Shown here: positions 12,001 through 22,089 of the stretch, piece by piece | Position numbering within the stretch: the first letter of the stretch is position 1 | How the letters are laid out: every line of letters starts with the position of its first letter | DNA from: an uncultured virus (IMG/VR IMGVR_UViG_3300049489_000987) | Lineage: Duplodnaviria > Heunggongvirae > Uroviricota > Caudoviricetes | DNA length: 64,000 nt | Virus record (IMG/VR): IMGVR_UViG_3300049489_000987 | Direction: 5' to 3' (one strand) | The notes under the pieces: generated by a model | Seen by the model: only the letters and a program-made list of their open reading frames with translations | Databases searched by the model: none | Told to the model about the DNA's origin: nothing | Position numbers and translations under genes: made by a program

Positions 12001-15000
12001 GTTTAATATTTCTCATATAGAACCAGAAGTAATTGAATCAATTTTTTCAAATTGGATTTTAGGATCTAGTTATGTTACTGATAGACAATTAACAGCACCT
12101 GCTAATCCAATATTTGAGCAAGCAAAATATGGAAATGGTCTTTTATTAGGTGAAGAAACAATAGAAATTCCAGCTTCTTCTTATATAAGAACAGAAGAGG
12201 GTACTTTGTCATTTTGGATAAAGAATAAATGGGATGGAATAGATAATGATTCTGAATTATCAGTTTCTATATTAGCAGATACATATCCAATTCCAAAACA
12301 ATATATTTTTATTGGAGCGGACTTACAACATCCAGAAACAGATAGCTCATTTGTAATAACAAAAGATATTACAATTGGGACTCCTGTTAAACGCTTATTT
12401 GGTGTTTATTTATATATTGATTTTGATCCTTCAAAACAGTTTTATCGTTGGTATTTAGATATAGTTAATGATTATACTTCATTTCCAACTTCTGTTTGGG
12501 ATGTTAATATATCTTCAGATAAAATATATGATTTCAAAGAAGTAAGCAATAATGCTACAAGCAAAATAACAACTCTTACCAAATCAGTTAAGATAAAGGT
12601 AACAGCAGCAACAAATTCACAAAGCTCATATTCATTTATAGCTGGTTATGATAAATGTTTATTAAGTGGAGATGATAGGTTCAACTTAATTAAAGATACT
12701 TCTGGTTATTTAAATTTCTTTATTTTAGACAAATTTAATAACAAATATCAAATTCAAAGTGATGTAAGTTCTTGGAAAGCAAATGATCTTCATCATTTAG
12801 CAATGTCATGGAAATTAAATAATCCTAATAAACAAGATGAAATGCATTTGTTTATTGATGGAAAAGAAACTTCAAATATAATTAAATATGGACAACAATT
12901 ATCTCCATATTTACATCAAAAGTTTCAGACAGTTAATCAAGAACAAATAATTGCATTTGTAGATAAAGATATTGTCGGCTCAACAGACCTTCAAACTATT
13001 ATAAATACAAACACAGTAACTTCAAGCATTGCCTTTAGCTCATATAATATTTCTAATGGCGATATTTTATCTATTATAGATATAGGCGACTTTGTTATTA
13101 GCAATGTACTAGGCAATAGTTTACAACTTACAACTAATGTACCAGTTACATTAACAAATGCTAAGTTCAGTGTAAATAAACTAAGTAAAACAATAGCTTC
13201 AGATTGGTTTATTAATTCTAGAAATATAGTATTAGCTAATACTCCTATAATAGTTGATACAAATTTAAGTTGCGCTGGCTCTAATGTAGTCACTACAAGT
13301 ACGGCTTTAGATATTGTTGCTGGAAATCTTATAAAGATAGATAATAGTATTTATACTGTCTTATCTGTAAATACTGTTAATTTAACTATAAATGATACGT
13401 TGACAGTCTTTAGTAATAAAGATTTCTGCATATATGATGTTGCAAATAGAAGAGAATTATATGGAAACAAGACTCTTAGAAAAGATTATTTAATATCAGA
13501 AGTATTTAATAATGAATATTCAAATACAATTGATATTTATAATAATGTTTTAGCTAATGATATTGTTTATATTGAGAGTTTAGGGCTTAATAATAAATTA
13601 GTGTCGGAAAAAGTGTATGTTTGGAGTGACAATCACGAAAACATATTAAAAACACATTTGCCAACGCCTATTAACCTAGATGAAGTTAAAATAACTAAAC
13701 ATTTGATAGATATTTTAATAAACAGTACTAATTCAACTTTAGTAGGTAATACATTTACTTATACAGGAAGTATTGATCAACCATCTAATTCTAGTAGTGG
13801 AAGAACACTTACTGTTAGCATTGGTCATACAAATATAGATTTCTCTACACCAGCAACAGTGCAAATAGTTGGGGAAGTATTTGGGGCTATTGGTTTGGTA
13901 ACAGAAATAGTTACATTTACATCAACTTATACACAAGATACTATTCATAAATTTACTAGTGTTAATTCGATTACTGCTCAATTAAAAGTAACTAATACTA
14001 ATAAAGGGATAACATTTAATATTAAAGAAAAATATATATTAACATATGATGAAGGTTCAAGTTACAACTATGTAATAAGACATTCTCATCAAATACAACA
14101 AGGGTCTAATTTAGATTATACTGGAGTAATAACTACTGGAAATATTTGGGTAGAAGACACTACAGTTGAATTTAGTGACACAGTAATTGGAAATGTACTA
14201 ATAATCCAAACAACTACCAATTCAGGTTACTACAATATATTAGATATATCTGAAGATAGGCATTCTTTATATATTCAGCCTACACAAGCTATAGTAGCAA
14301 GCTTTACTAATGCTAAATATCTAGTTGTAAAGGTAAATAATACAGGATTTGCTAATGGATGGATGTATTTAGAACAAAAAGAAATACCTGGAAACCCAGC
14401 ATTCTTAAGAAGAGGTACATATGAAATAAAATATCATTCATATGCTGCTATTAATGTAAATTTCAAGAATATTATCTTAGGAAATAATGTAAATAAGACA
14501 AATCCAGCAAATTGCGTATTTGATCATATAAGATCTGACTTTAGAATGTTATCTGATGTAAGATCTGGTGAAATTTCATTGGTAGATTCTATTACTAAAG
14601 AATACAATTTAATCTCACCAAGTAAAGCAAATAAGTATACATTATTGTTAGCCAATTTAGATGAAATTTCAATAGAAGATAAATCTAATTTTTATCCTAG
14701 ATTTATTAATGAGCAATTATTAAAAACATCATTAAAAGTAAATGATAATTTTGATGATAGTTTAGTATTGGATTCTTCAGGAATAAGAGTTGATAATAAT
14801 GGTAATTTAAATAATTCTGAAGGAACAATAGAGTTTTGGGTAAATCCATTAATAGATACAGATTTTAGCTTTACTGATAATTATTATTTTGATGCATATT
14901 CTGCTGTGGTAGAAGAGGTAGAAACAAATTCTAGCAATTCTATTATAATGAATGGTAATGTTGGTCAAGTATTATCTGTAACTTCATTTAACAATGAAGA

Positions 15001-16084
15001 TTATTTTGGAAATGGATATGTAGAAACCTTACCAACTAATTCCATAAAGGAAACAGTTGTAAGTCTTAATAAAAATTCAGTAAAAGTAAATTCTAATATT
15101 TTACAGATAATATCTATTAAAGCTATAGATGATTTGTCTGGTGTAAATTATGGAAATGGAACAATAGTAAATAATATTGTTTATTTAGAAAAATCATTAC
15201 CATCTAATACTACAGCAGTAGAAGTTATTTATAGACCAATTAATACTGGAGTCAAAGCTACTCCTCAGCAAATAATAAAACTTGGCAAGAGATTACCTTC
15301 ACAAAAACAAAAGGTATTAGTTAAGTATCTTCCTTCAGGTATTAATGGAGATAGAATTTCTATCTTTACAGATAAGCAAGGGTTTATTAATTTTAAAGTA
15401 GTTGCCAATAGTACTGTTTATAATATTAAGAGCCAAGTATTCTTTGAAAGAAATACGTGGCATAAGATAAAAGCAAGTTACAAATTTAATTCATCAAGTG
15501 ATAAGATGATATTATTTGTTGACGGCTACTCTGTAGCTACTTATGATTCAAATAGTTTTGACAATACAATCGTTACTCCATTATACAATACATTATATGA
15601 TGGATATGTATTTGGTGGTACAAGTTATCTTAATAGGAATGTTAGTTATAATGGATATGAATTAAGTTCCTCTATTAAATTCAAAGATCCAATTCATACA
15701 ATTACAATAGGGGCGGAATTTGATAATACAAAGATAGGAAATATCTTATTATCTAATTTAAGGATATCTAATATATATAAGGAGTTGTATAAACCATATG
15801 GAGAGGCATTAGACTTATCATATAATAGTAATATTTCGGCTGCGTATCCAGTAACTGAAGATTTGTATACAACATATCTGTTAGATTTAAAAGAAAACAG
15901 CGAAAAAACAGATGATTTTGCAATATTGAAAACAAAAGAGGGAGGTATGTTTGACTTTACGTTGAATATATTCGATTCTTTTGGTATAGTTAGTAGTAGT
16001 AAAAAAGTAAAAGATATTTTAGAAACATTAGTTAAATCGCTTAAACCTGCAAATTCTAGGGTTAAGATAAATTACAAGAGTTAA
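9092..16084 (+). CDS. very large baseplate/tail structural protein with LamG-like domains
   Basis: 2330 aa; RERYRDAV..L....KGPT wedge-like motif; two LamG-like sets (EGTLSFW/HHLAMSW/LFIDG and EGTIEFW/WHKI/LFVDG); ends LKPANSRV. Confidence 0.65.
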   Translation: MDNLRLVSVNIIDSVTIEVTFTHNLSTSITKSNFQLLSEAIYTTDSLVTDVSITENVATLTCLPLAEYTPYKLVAKSDSVKFTSLNNDAILLEDNIANTYIVVGPTSPENPIRQFCESYLNGSLYDTKSDLINSYLNSTTDLLSRALYDIRQAKNENYLSKFISDEVKVRGKGPTDRLNEEGSYYVSRVAKTPTGTKSILTRDFTSFPSYPITFNETASSDVLTASNTFERSTFNINELVLSLKDDNVIKLNSLTFSLSSAPYVIDYPIDTFGYQILQNKYDPDHASKYYLESNQIKLSSNILDVTGFDINNILQISVNYSYSDLGININESTLALTTVLTKQREVIPTLFNKFSFGNVPIVDTNGNNVTFGGVVFYNPNGFNQHPAFINEIPYNVSNPPSLPGQFSIDYLTGECLVYGAEQSDGTGDQPPLATYNYKHTYQSNIDYQYDVLASKIEDKNDLIALPDGALVNEKATYSVEFEKVLIKDIDYKEKTHIEVLNEYVDNNLVALNAIKLKNAPITNVFRIYNETSGEVYQINRWYKDKVYFNYINAPKVNEVIFERVAFNKITNEELLINEILSVSGQNILKINLTNNKITSRTEDGIGSFTNSSVEFTSSIFVEEVNYISSLNNLSDGQYSIDYENGVIYFAITTYSNLGKVSYGTSDIKTLYPNIISAEDIYFKINPKDNKQKSFDIQSSDQYIVPASLNSVNERSYDDASYYISNKKIGYFNPSFINQVKYNIKDIRGIYELIDYNQNPLPINFASNSIFTSNQATVETKVVTELCTIKQDGYGKYIDSSFPIRIISSTLTYNVSAIGLSTSIDYFDYIEAAENTKIRLLNTAVVGDLVNLNIQITINDMSNIIIDYNKGDLYVDYTYLADTIIVSYEYGDNLIDFTSSNTVSENDTYYVSYYVGALRDALLTNFGQIINSPILNTFDTDLERERYRDAVIGALASFIKGPTIEAMKVLGFNISHIEPEVIESIFSNWILGSSYVTDRQLTAPANPIFEQAKYGNGLLLGEETIEIPASSYIRTEEGTLSFWIKNKWDGIDNDSELSVSILADTYPIPKQYIFIGADLQHPETDSSFVITKDITIGTPVKRLFGVYLYIDFDPSKQFYRWYLDIVNDYTSFPTSVWDVNISSDKIYDFKEVSNNATSKITTLTKSVKIKVTAATNSQSSYSFIAGYDKCLLSGDDRFNLIKDTSGYLNFFILDKFNNKYQIQSDVSSWKANDLHHLAMSWKLNNPNKQDEMHLFIDGKETSNIIKYGQQLSPYLHQKFQTVNQEQIIAFVDKDIVGSTDLQTIINTNTVTSSIAFSSYNISNGDILSIIDIGDFVISNVLGNSLQLTTNVPVTLTNAKFSVNKLSKTIASDWFINSRNIVLANTPIIVDTNLSCAGSNVVTTSTALDIVAGNLIKIDNSIYTVLSVNTVNLTINDTLTVFSNKDFCIYDVANRRELYGNKTLRKDYLISEVFNNEYSNTIDIYNNVLANDIVYIESLGLNNKLVSEKVYVWSDNHENILKTHLPTPINLDEVKITKHLIDILINSTNSTLVGNTFTYTGSIDQPSNSSSGRTLTVSIGHTNIDFSTPATVQIVGEVFGAIGLVTEIVTFTSTYTQDTIHKFTSVNSITAQLKVTNTNKGITFNIKEKYILTYDEGSSYNYVIRHSHQIQQGSNLDYTGVITTGNIWVEDTTVEFSDTVIGNVLIIQTTTNSGYYNILDISEDRHSLYIQPTQAIVASFTNAKYLVVKVNNTGFANGWMYLEQKEIPGNPAFLRRGTYEIKYHSYAAINVNFKNIILGNNVNKTNPANCVFDHIRSDFRMLSDVRSGEISLVDSITKEYNLISPSKANKYTLLLANLDEISIEDKSNFYPRFINEQLLKTSLKVNDNFDDSLVLDSSGIRVDNNGNLNNSEGTIEFWVNPLIDTDFSFTDNYYFDAYSAVVEEVETNSSNSIIMNGNVGQVLSVTSFNNEDYFGNGYVETLPTNSIKETVVSLNKNSVKVNSNILQIISIKAIDDLSGVNYGNGTIVNNIVYLEKSLPSNTTAVEVIYRPINTGVKATPQQIIKLGKRLPSQKQKVLVKYLPSGINGDRISIFTDKQGFINFKVVANSTVYNIKSQVFFERNTWHKIKASYKFNSSSDKMILFVDGYSVATYDSNSFDNTIVTPLYNTLYDGYVFGGTSYLNRNVSYNGYELSSSIKFKDPIHTITIGAEFDNTKIGNILLSNLRISNIYKELYKPYGEALDLSYNSNISAAYPVTEDLYTTYLLDLKENSEKTDDFAILKTKEGGMFDFTLNIFDSFGIVSSSKKVKDILETLVKSLKPANSRVKINYKS

Positions 16085-16085
16085 T

Positions 16086-19000
16086 ATGACAAATAGAATG
16101 CCTGTATCAGCAACTCAAAATGCTTGGTTTGACTCAGAGCAAGTAGATGATAAAGACCTTACTTTAGAGCAGAATTATAATAATACAATTCAATCTGGAA
16201 TGGCTCATAATCATTTTGGTACTGGTATTTTAATATCAGATTTGTCTACAAATGTAATTTTTGATACAGAAAGTTACATAGGAATATTGGATGGAACAGT
16301 AATTATTCCAACTGTACAGCCAAAAGATTCTTCTTTAGGTAATTTCTTAAAAGTAGAATTAAAAAACTCAACAGCTTCAGGTAATAGAAAAGTTAAAGTT
16401 GGTATTATTGGATTAAATTATGAAAATAATATTCAATATGATACATTTTACTTTTCTAAAAATGAAGACCAAATAACAAATAAGCATTATACTAAAGTTT
16501 TAGCTGTATTATTTAATGATTTAAGTGGAGATCCAGTAAAATCATTTAATTTAGGTGGTCAAGTAGTTATTTCAGATGCTATGCCAGCTGAAATTTCAAG
16601 AGATGTACTTACTTTAAAACAAGATAATTGTCCTAATCTTTTCTTTAAAAACTTTTTCACTGATTCAGGTACAAATATTATTGATGAGCTAAAAACTGCT
16701 CTTCCATATTATAATATAGACTCATTAAATATCAATTTAACAAGCGATTATAAAGTATTAGCTGCGACAGATATTACAACTCAAATTGGTCAGAAATTTA
16801 TATCTAAATCTAATAATATTCAAAAAATAACATTATTATTAGGCGCTCAAAATCTTATAATTGGCTCCGAAACAGATTTACAGTGGACTGGTGATTTAAT
16901 AGTAAGCATTTATCCTTTACAAACTAATATTTCATGTCCATCAGATTTAGTACCAGGTTCTGCTATTGAATATGATCCATCTAATATTCCATTAGCTCAA
17001 TTAAGCTATAGCTATAATACATTAGCTGATATTGGTTACCAATTAGCAAATGAACCACAACCTATTGACTTTGTATTTAGCAACAGTTCATTGGCTGCTG
17101 GAAATGTGATTAAAGAAAATACATATTATGTTGTTACTATAAAAAGAAGTGGTTTGGCAGATAAGTGCGATTTATTAATATCTTCAGGACCTAACGAAGA
17201 TATTACAAATAGATTATCAATTTTTACTGGTAATTTATGGACAGATTTATCAGACCAGACTTTATGGTGTAAAATATATTCTGATTCTGTTAAAATAACT
17301 GATTGTTTGGGTTATGACTTAGGAAAAGGAATAGAAGTACCTAAGACTAAATATAATCAATTATTAGGGTTAACAGAAGATTATTTATTAGGTAATATTA
17401 AGTTTACAGGAAATAATAAATATAAAGCAGTATTATTTGCAGACGTAGAAAAATCAAATAAAGTACAAGATCAAAGAACTGGCGAATTCGTCTTATCAAG
17501 ACAAACAACAAAAGGTTCAGTTAAATTATTAAATGAAATTGAATTTGATGCAACTTCAAGCGAAGATTCATTAATTCTTGGTGAAGTTTTTGATAGTAAT
17601 AGAAAGTTTGTTGAAAGTGGATTAAATAGCAATATAACTACGAATTTATATTCAGCTACATTGGTAAAAGATTATTTATTAGTAAAAATAATAGATGATG
17701 TTACAGATCCAAGGTATGATGTTTCTGTTTATAATTTAATTAGTAATTTTACTAGTGGTGAATTAGTAAACGCTAAATTGTATCCTAATAGTTCAAGTAT
17801 AAATGACTATTATAGAGTTGCTGACGCTGAATTATTAACGATGAAGCTAGGCGATGTTGATGGAGACGGAATTGTAACAAAAGACGATTTAACAGAATTA
17901 ACTACTTGGAAAGGTGTTAATTTAAACCAATTTCCTCCAGCAAGTACAGTTTATTTTACTAATGGAATTATAGCTACAGCAACAAATGGCTATGATACTG
18001 TTACAAATCCATTTGTAAATCAAACTGGAGTTAATTTCCAAGTAGTAAGGTCTGATGATACTATTGAATTTGCAAATGTTGATGGTCAAATAGTTGCAGA
18101 TCCTAATGATGGCAGATTAGCGCAATTAACTAGTGCCGCTGCTAGCTTCTCATCTATTATTGCTAATCTTTATGATTATAGTATTATTTTATATAATCCA
18201 AGTACACAAGAAAATTATGGTAAATTTGAAATTGTATCATATGATGTTTCTAGTGATACTGTAACTATAAGAAAAGATTTATTAACACCAGATAATATCT
18301 TAAAGCTATTACGATCAGATGTAGATGAAGATATGGTGATAAGTGATGCAGATGAATTTTTAGTAGCAAATTATTTGGCTAGAAAATCAACTGTAGTACC
18401 AATGCCTAAAGTTGGATATGGACCAACTACGCCTGCTTATTCTAAAATAGGTACAGAATTCAAAGTATTGAAACTTAGATTAGAATCATTTATAGATAGA
18501 CATGACGATTATCTAATTAATCCAAGAAGCACATCATTACATCCAATTCAAGATGTATTTAAAAATGATTCATTCTTTGATGCATTAGATGGTTACGCTA
18601 CTCCATCTGAGATAAGAATTAATAAGCAATTAACATGGAATGAAGAGTTTATTTCATGTGTTAATAATTCTAAAAAAGTACTGGTTGCATTAGATGGACC
18701 TAATACTAAAATGCCAGAAGAGCCTGGTGTCAAAGTAGATGAATATCCAATAGAAAATCCATTACAATTACTTGAGAATAATATATTTATTCCAAATGAT
18801 TTAGTATTAAATGGAAGTATATTGAGTAAAGATGGATTATATAAACAAGATTTTGAAATAGCAACAATTAATTTAGAAGTTCCAAGTTCATCTGATGGAT
18901 ATGAAAGATCAATTAATTTGTTTCAGAATTTCGTAGCAGATTCAAATGCAGGTACAACTGCAAAAGGTTATAGGGCATTAAAGTTTGCTGATAATACATT

Positions 19001-19307
19001 TGTTACATTAGATGCTTTATCATTAAATCAAGTTAGATTTAATATTTCATTACAAGCATTTTCCCCCAATTTATCTGGAACAGATATTAATGGAATTAGT
19101 GGAATTGTTATTGATGGTAAAGTTGGCGTATATATTGATTATAATACTGGTCTTTTAAAGTTAAACTTTACCAATCTTTATAAAGATAGTGTCTTAACTA
19201 CATTGAGTACAAAGGTCCAAGTAACTGTGTTTTTGAAAAAAGCTGGATTTAATAACAATAATTTGTACGTTTCATCTGAAGAAGTTGAAAACATGTTGTC
19301 GTTATGA
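16086..19307 (+). CDS. tail/baseplate structural protein with two dockerin/EF-hand-like motifs
   Basis: 1073 aa; N-terminal WFDSEQVDDKDLTLEQNY; GDVDGDGIVTKDDL and SDVDEDMVISDADE. Confidence 0.55.
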   Translation: MTNRMPVSATQNAWFDSEQVDDKDLTLEQNYNNTIQSGMAHNHFGTGILISDLSTNVIFDTESYIGILDGTVIIPTVQPKDSSLGNFLKVELKNSTASGNRKVKVGIIGLNYENNIQYDTFYFSKNEDQITNKHYTKVLAVLFNDLSGDPVKSFNLGGQVVISDAMPAEISRDVLTLKQDNCPNLFFKNFFTDSGTNIIDELKTALPYYNIDSLNINLTSDYKVLAATDITTQIGQKFISKSNNIQKITLLLGAQNLIIGSETDLQWTGDLIVSIYPLQTNISCPSDLVPGSAIEYDPSNIPLAQLSYSYNTLADIGYQLANEPQPIDFVFSNSSLAAGNVIKENTYYVVTIKRSGLADKCDLLISSGPNEDITNRLSIFTGNLWTDLSDQTLWCKIYSDSVKITDCLGYDLGKGIEVPKTKYNQLLGLTEDYLLGNIKFTGNNKYKAVLFADVEKSNKVQDQRTGEFVLSRQTTKGSVKLLNEIEFDATSSEDSLILGEVFDSNRKFVESGLNSNITTNLYSATLVKDYLLVKIIDDVTDPRYDVSVYNLISNFTSGELVNAKLYPNSSSINDYYRVADAELLTMKLGDVDGDGIVTKDDLTELTTWKGVNLNQFPPASTVYFTNGIIATATNGYDTVTNPFVNQTGVNFQVVRSDDTIEFANVDGQIVADPNDGRLAQLTSAAASFSSIIANLYDYSIILYNPSTQENYGKFEIVSYDVSSDTVTIRKDLLTPDNILKLLRSDVDEDMVISDADEFLVANYLARKSTVVPMPKVGYGPTTPAYSKIGTEFKVLKLRLESFIDRHDDYLINPRSTSLHPIQDVFKNDSFFDALDGYATPSEIRINKQLTWNEEFISCVNNSKKVLVALDGPNTKMPEEPGVKVDEYPIENPLQLLENNIFIPNDLVLNGSILSKDGLYKQDFEIATINLEVPSSSDGYERSINLFQNFVADSNAGTTAKGYRALKFADNTFVTLDALSLNQVRFNISLQAFSPNLSGTDINGISGIVIDGKVGVYIDYNTGLLKLNFTNLYKDSVLTTLSTKVQVTVFLKKAGFNNNNLYVSSEEVENMLSL

Positions 19308-19319
19308 TATAGATGACGT

Positions 19320-19352
19320 ATGAAAATTTTGTGGGTTGGGTTGAGAAAATAA
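19320..19352 (+). pseudogene. orphan duplicate of the 5' end of the GT4 glycosyltransferase gene (MKILWVGLRK*)
   Basis: atgaaaattttgtgggttgg at 19320 matches atgaaaattttatgggttgg at 20291 in 19 of 20 nt. Confidence 0.75.
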
Positions 19353-19538
19353 CGCATTGCCGCAAAACATTTTTTTCAGTATAAAGTCAAGAAATTTTCA
19401 TTATTGTATGCTAGAAATCATCTATTTCATAGATAATTCTTCTTAAAAGAAGAATTATAAAACTAATTTATTATTAGAAATAACTATAGACATAATTAAT
19501 GTAACGAACCATTAATGGTAATGTTTTCATATTTTAAT

Positions 19539-20294
19539 ATGAAAACAAAATGCACCGTATGCAATATAGAAAAAGAAATAAACAAAAATAATTTCTACTA
19601 TAGAATGAAAGAAGATCGTTGGTGTCGCACTTGCATTCTTTGCGTTAGTAATAAGAGTAAATTATATTATAAAATAAATTCGTCTTTAATAAAAGAAAAA
19701 GCAAAAAAATATAGACTTGCTCATAAAGATAAAATTAAAGACAGTGCAAAAAAATATAACTCCAAACAGGAAGTCAAAGATAAATATAAAAAATGGCGAC
19801 AAGAAAATAAAGAAAAAATAAGGGAAAGTGAAAAATTATGGAAATCAAAAAATCCAGAAAAATATAAGATTATTGTAAATAAAAAATCAAAAAAACAAAG
19901 AGAAAATCCTAAAAATAAAATCAGGGCGCATGTATCTAGACAAGTTAATTTTGCACTCTTTGCATTTAATAAATGTAAAGAGAAAAATTCTATATTGAAA
20001 TACTTGCCATATTCAATATGTGAATTAAAAGAACATTTAGAAAGGCAGTTTGAGCCATGGATGAATTGGAATAATTATGGAAAATATAGAGTTAAAACAT
20101 GGATTGATAGCGATATGTCAACTTGGACATGGCAGATAGACCATATAATTCCACAATCAGATTTGCCTTATTTGTCGATGAATGACGATAATTTTAAAAA
20201 AGCATGGTCATTGGATAATTTACGTCCATTAAATTCTAAAACTAATGTTATAGATGGTGCAACAAGAATAAGACACGGAAAGTTAAATAAATGA
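19539..20294 (+). CDS. free-standing HNH homing endonuclease
   Basis: N-terminal CxxC...CxxC, Lys-rich helix, WQIDHIIP...LDNLRPL...N core; start placed at MKTKC (ORF track starts at 19515). Confidence 0.8.
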   Translation: MKTKCTVCNIEKEINKNNFYYRMKEDRWCRTCILCVSNKSKLYYKINSSLIKEKAKKYRLAHKDKIKDSAKKYNSKQEVKDKYKKWRQENKEKIRESEKLWKSKNPEKYKIIVNKKSKKQRENPKNKIRAHVSRQVNFALFAFNKCKEKNSILKYLPYSICELKEHLERQFEPWMNWNNYGKYRVKTWIDSDMSTWTWQIDHIIPQSDLPYLSMNDDNFKKAWSLDNLRPLNSKTNVIDGATRIRHGKLNK

Positions 20295-21442
20295 AAATTT
20301 TATGGGTTGGCTTTTTATCCCGAAATCACTCTTGGTCATTTGTAGCTCAAAATTTATCCAGGTCCTTTATTAAACAAGGGCATGATGTAGATTTGTTTTC
20401 GACAAATGGTTTAAAACACTTTCCAGAAGATCTTAAAAAACACGTAGTTGGACATTTAGAAGAAGAACAAATTAAGTCTCCTTCTGATTTGTATAAAAAT
20501 GCTTCACATTTAGGCAAATATGATATGCAAATATCATATACAGCATTGAAGAACTTTGAATCATATTTAAAGTTTGGAAATACTAATAAATTTGGTATTT
20601 GGAACTATGAGACAACTGTTCTTCCTCCTGGATTTGCTAAAGGAGCAATGTTCTTAGATAGGTTTTTGCCATCGTCAGAGTTTTCAAAGCAAATCTTTCT
20701 TGAAAATAAGATACCTGAATCAAAGCAAACAGTAATTCATCATGGCGTTGATTTAGATCAATTCAAAAATGCAAGTGTCTTTCAATTAAAGACTAATAAA
20801 ACAAAAAGAATATTAGTCAATATAGCTCAGCCACATTATAGAAAGAATATTAAAGGTATTTTTGATGTATATGGCAAAGCATTTACTAAAAATGACGATG
20901 TTTGTTTGGTATTAAAGATTAGCAAGTCATCTGCGCAAAAGCAAATAAGACAAACAGACGAAGATTTTAACTATCTTTATGAATCATTTAAAAAAACATA
21001 TACAAATCATGCAGAAGTAGAAATTATAGACTATTTTATAGATGATATTGCTAGCTTATATAAAGCTACTAATATTAGTTGGTCAATGACAAGGACAGAA
21101 TGCTTTTGGATGCCAGGATTAGAGGCATTTGCAGCTAATCATGTAGTAGTGGCTCCTAGATATGGTGGGCAATTAGATTATATGAATGATGAAAATTCAG
21201 TATTAACAGAAGGAAAGATTATAAAGGCTGACCCTAGGTTATTGTACTGGGCTCAGACACAATCGCAGACGATATATTCAAAAGCGTTTGAACCTTCCAT
21301 TGATGATGCTATAGACAAGCTACGTCATGTTGTAAATAACTTTGACCAATATCAAAGATTTCTTCCAAATATACAAAAAATACTACCTCAGTATACTTGG
21401 GATTTTGTTTCTAAACAAATTATTGATTTATGCCAAAACTAA
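20291..21442 (+). CDS. GT-B glycosyltransferase (GT4-like)
   Basis: GHDVDLF, VIHHGVD, RKN, ECFWMPGLEA (ExFGxxxxEA-like). Confidence 0.85.
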   Translation: MKILWVGFLSRNHSWSFVAQNLSRSFIKQGHDVDLFSTNGLKHFPEDLKKHVVGHLEEEQIKSPSDLYKNASHLGKYDMQISYTALKNFESYLKFGNTNKFGIWNYETTVLPPGFAKGAMFLDRFLPSSEFSKQIFLENKIPESKQTVIHHGVDLDQFKNASVFQLKTNKTKRILVNIAQPHYRKNIKGIFDVYGKAFTKNDDVCLVLKISKSSAQKQIRQTDEDFNYLYESFKKTYTNHAEVEIIDYFIDDIASLYKATNISWSMTRTECFWMPGLEAFAANHVVVAPRYGGQLDYMNDENSVLTEGKIIKADPRLLYWAQTQSQTIYSKAFEPSIDDAIDKLRHVVNNFDQYQRFLPNIQKILPQYTWDFVSKQIIDLCQN

Positions 21443-22089
21443 GTATTGTAATATTAGCTTTTAATAAGTTTAATTTCACTAAATCATGTTTAAATGATCT
21501 TAGTCATTTATCTGATCATGAAATTATTGTTGTTGACAATGCTAGTACAGATGATACTAAGTCTTTAAAGGATTCTAAAGAAATAACTTATATTAGAAAC
21601 GAAGTTAATGGTGGCTTTGCCTATGGAACCAATATAGGTTATCATGCAGCTACATCTGATAAGGTGTTGTTCCTCAACAATGATATAAGAGTAGACTCTG
21701 AGCATTCAAATTGGACTCAGAAGTTAATTGACAGATGTGATGAAGGCTTAGTTGGACCTACAATGGGCTTATTTGATAATAAGCTTAATTTTTTAAAAGA
21801 AGCTAATAAGCAATTAGATGGTAAGTCATATATGTCTGGATGGTGTTTGGCATCATCAAAGAATAATTTTGATAAATTACTAGTAAATAATCAAGTTTTC
21901 TCTGAAGAATATTTTTGTTATCATGAGGATGCAGATTTATCTTTTAGAGCTAGAGAAAAGCAAATTCCTTTAATAGTTGTAGATGTTCCTGTTACACATT
22001 TTGGAAAGATTTCAAGCAAACAAATAAATACAGCTAAATTATTTAAGGAATCTCAGGTTATTTTTAAGGAAAAGTGGGGGAAGAAGTGA
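21430..22089 (+). CDS. GT2-family glycosyltransferase
   Basis: SIVILAFN, IIVVDNASTDDT, NGGFAYGTN, FLNND, HEDADL. Confidence 0.85.
   Translation: MPKLSIVILAFNKFNFTKSCLNDLSHLSDHEIIVVDNASTDDTKSLKDSKEITYIRNEVNGGFAYGTNIGYHAATSDKVLFLNNDIRVDSEHSNWTQKLIDRCDEGLVGPTMGLFDNKLNFLKEANKQLDGKSYMSGWCLASSKNNFDKLLVNNQVFSEEYFCYHEDADLSFRAREKQIPLIVVDVPVTHFGKISSKQINTAKLFKESQVIFKEKWGKK

Noticed and set aside
1..19307. Bacterial chromosomal T6SS/eCIS locus rather than phage
   Set aside because: Context of helicase, sigma, RNR, PhoH, thyA/folA, inteins and dense small ORFs fits a large phage; no T6SS membrane complex genes recognised
19341..20311. Group I intron in the GT4 gene
   Set aside because: No intron core recognised, and the downstream copy has its own complete start, so splicing is unnecessary
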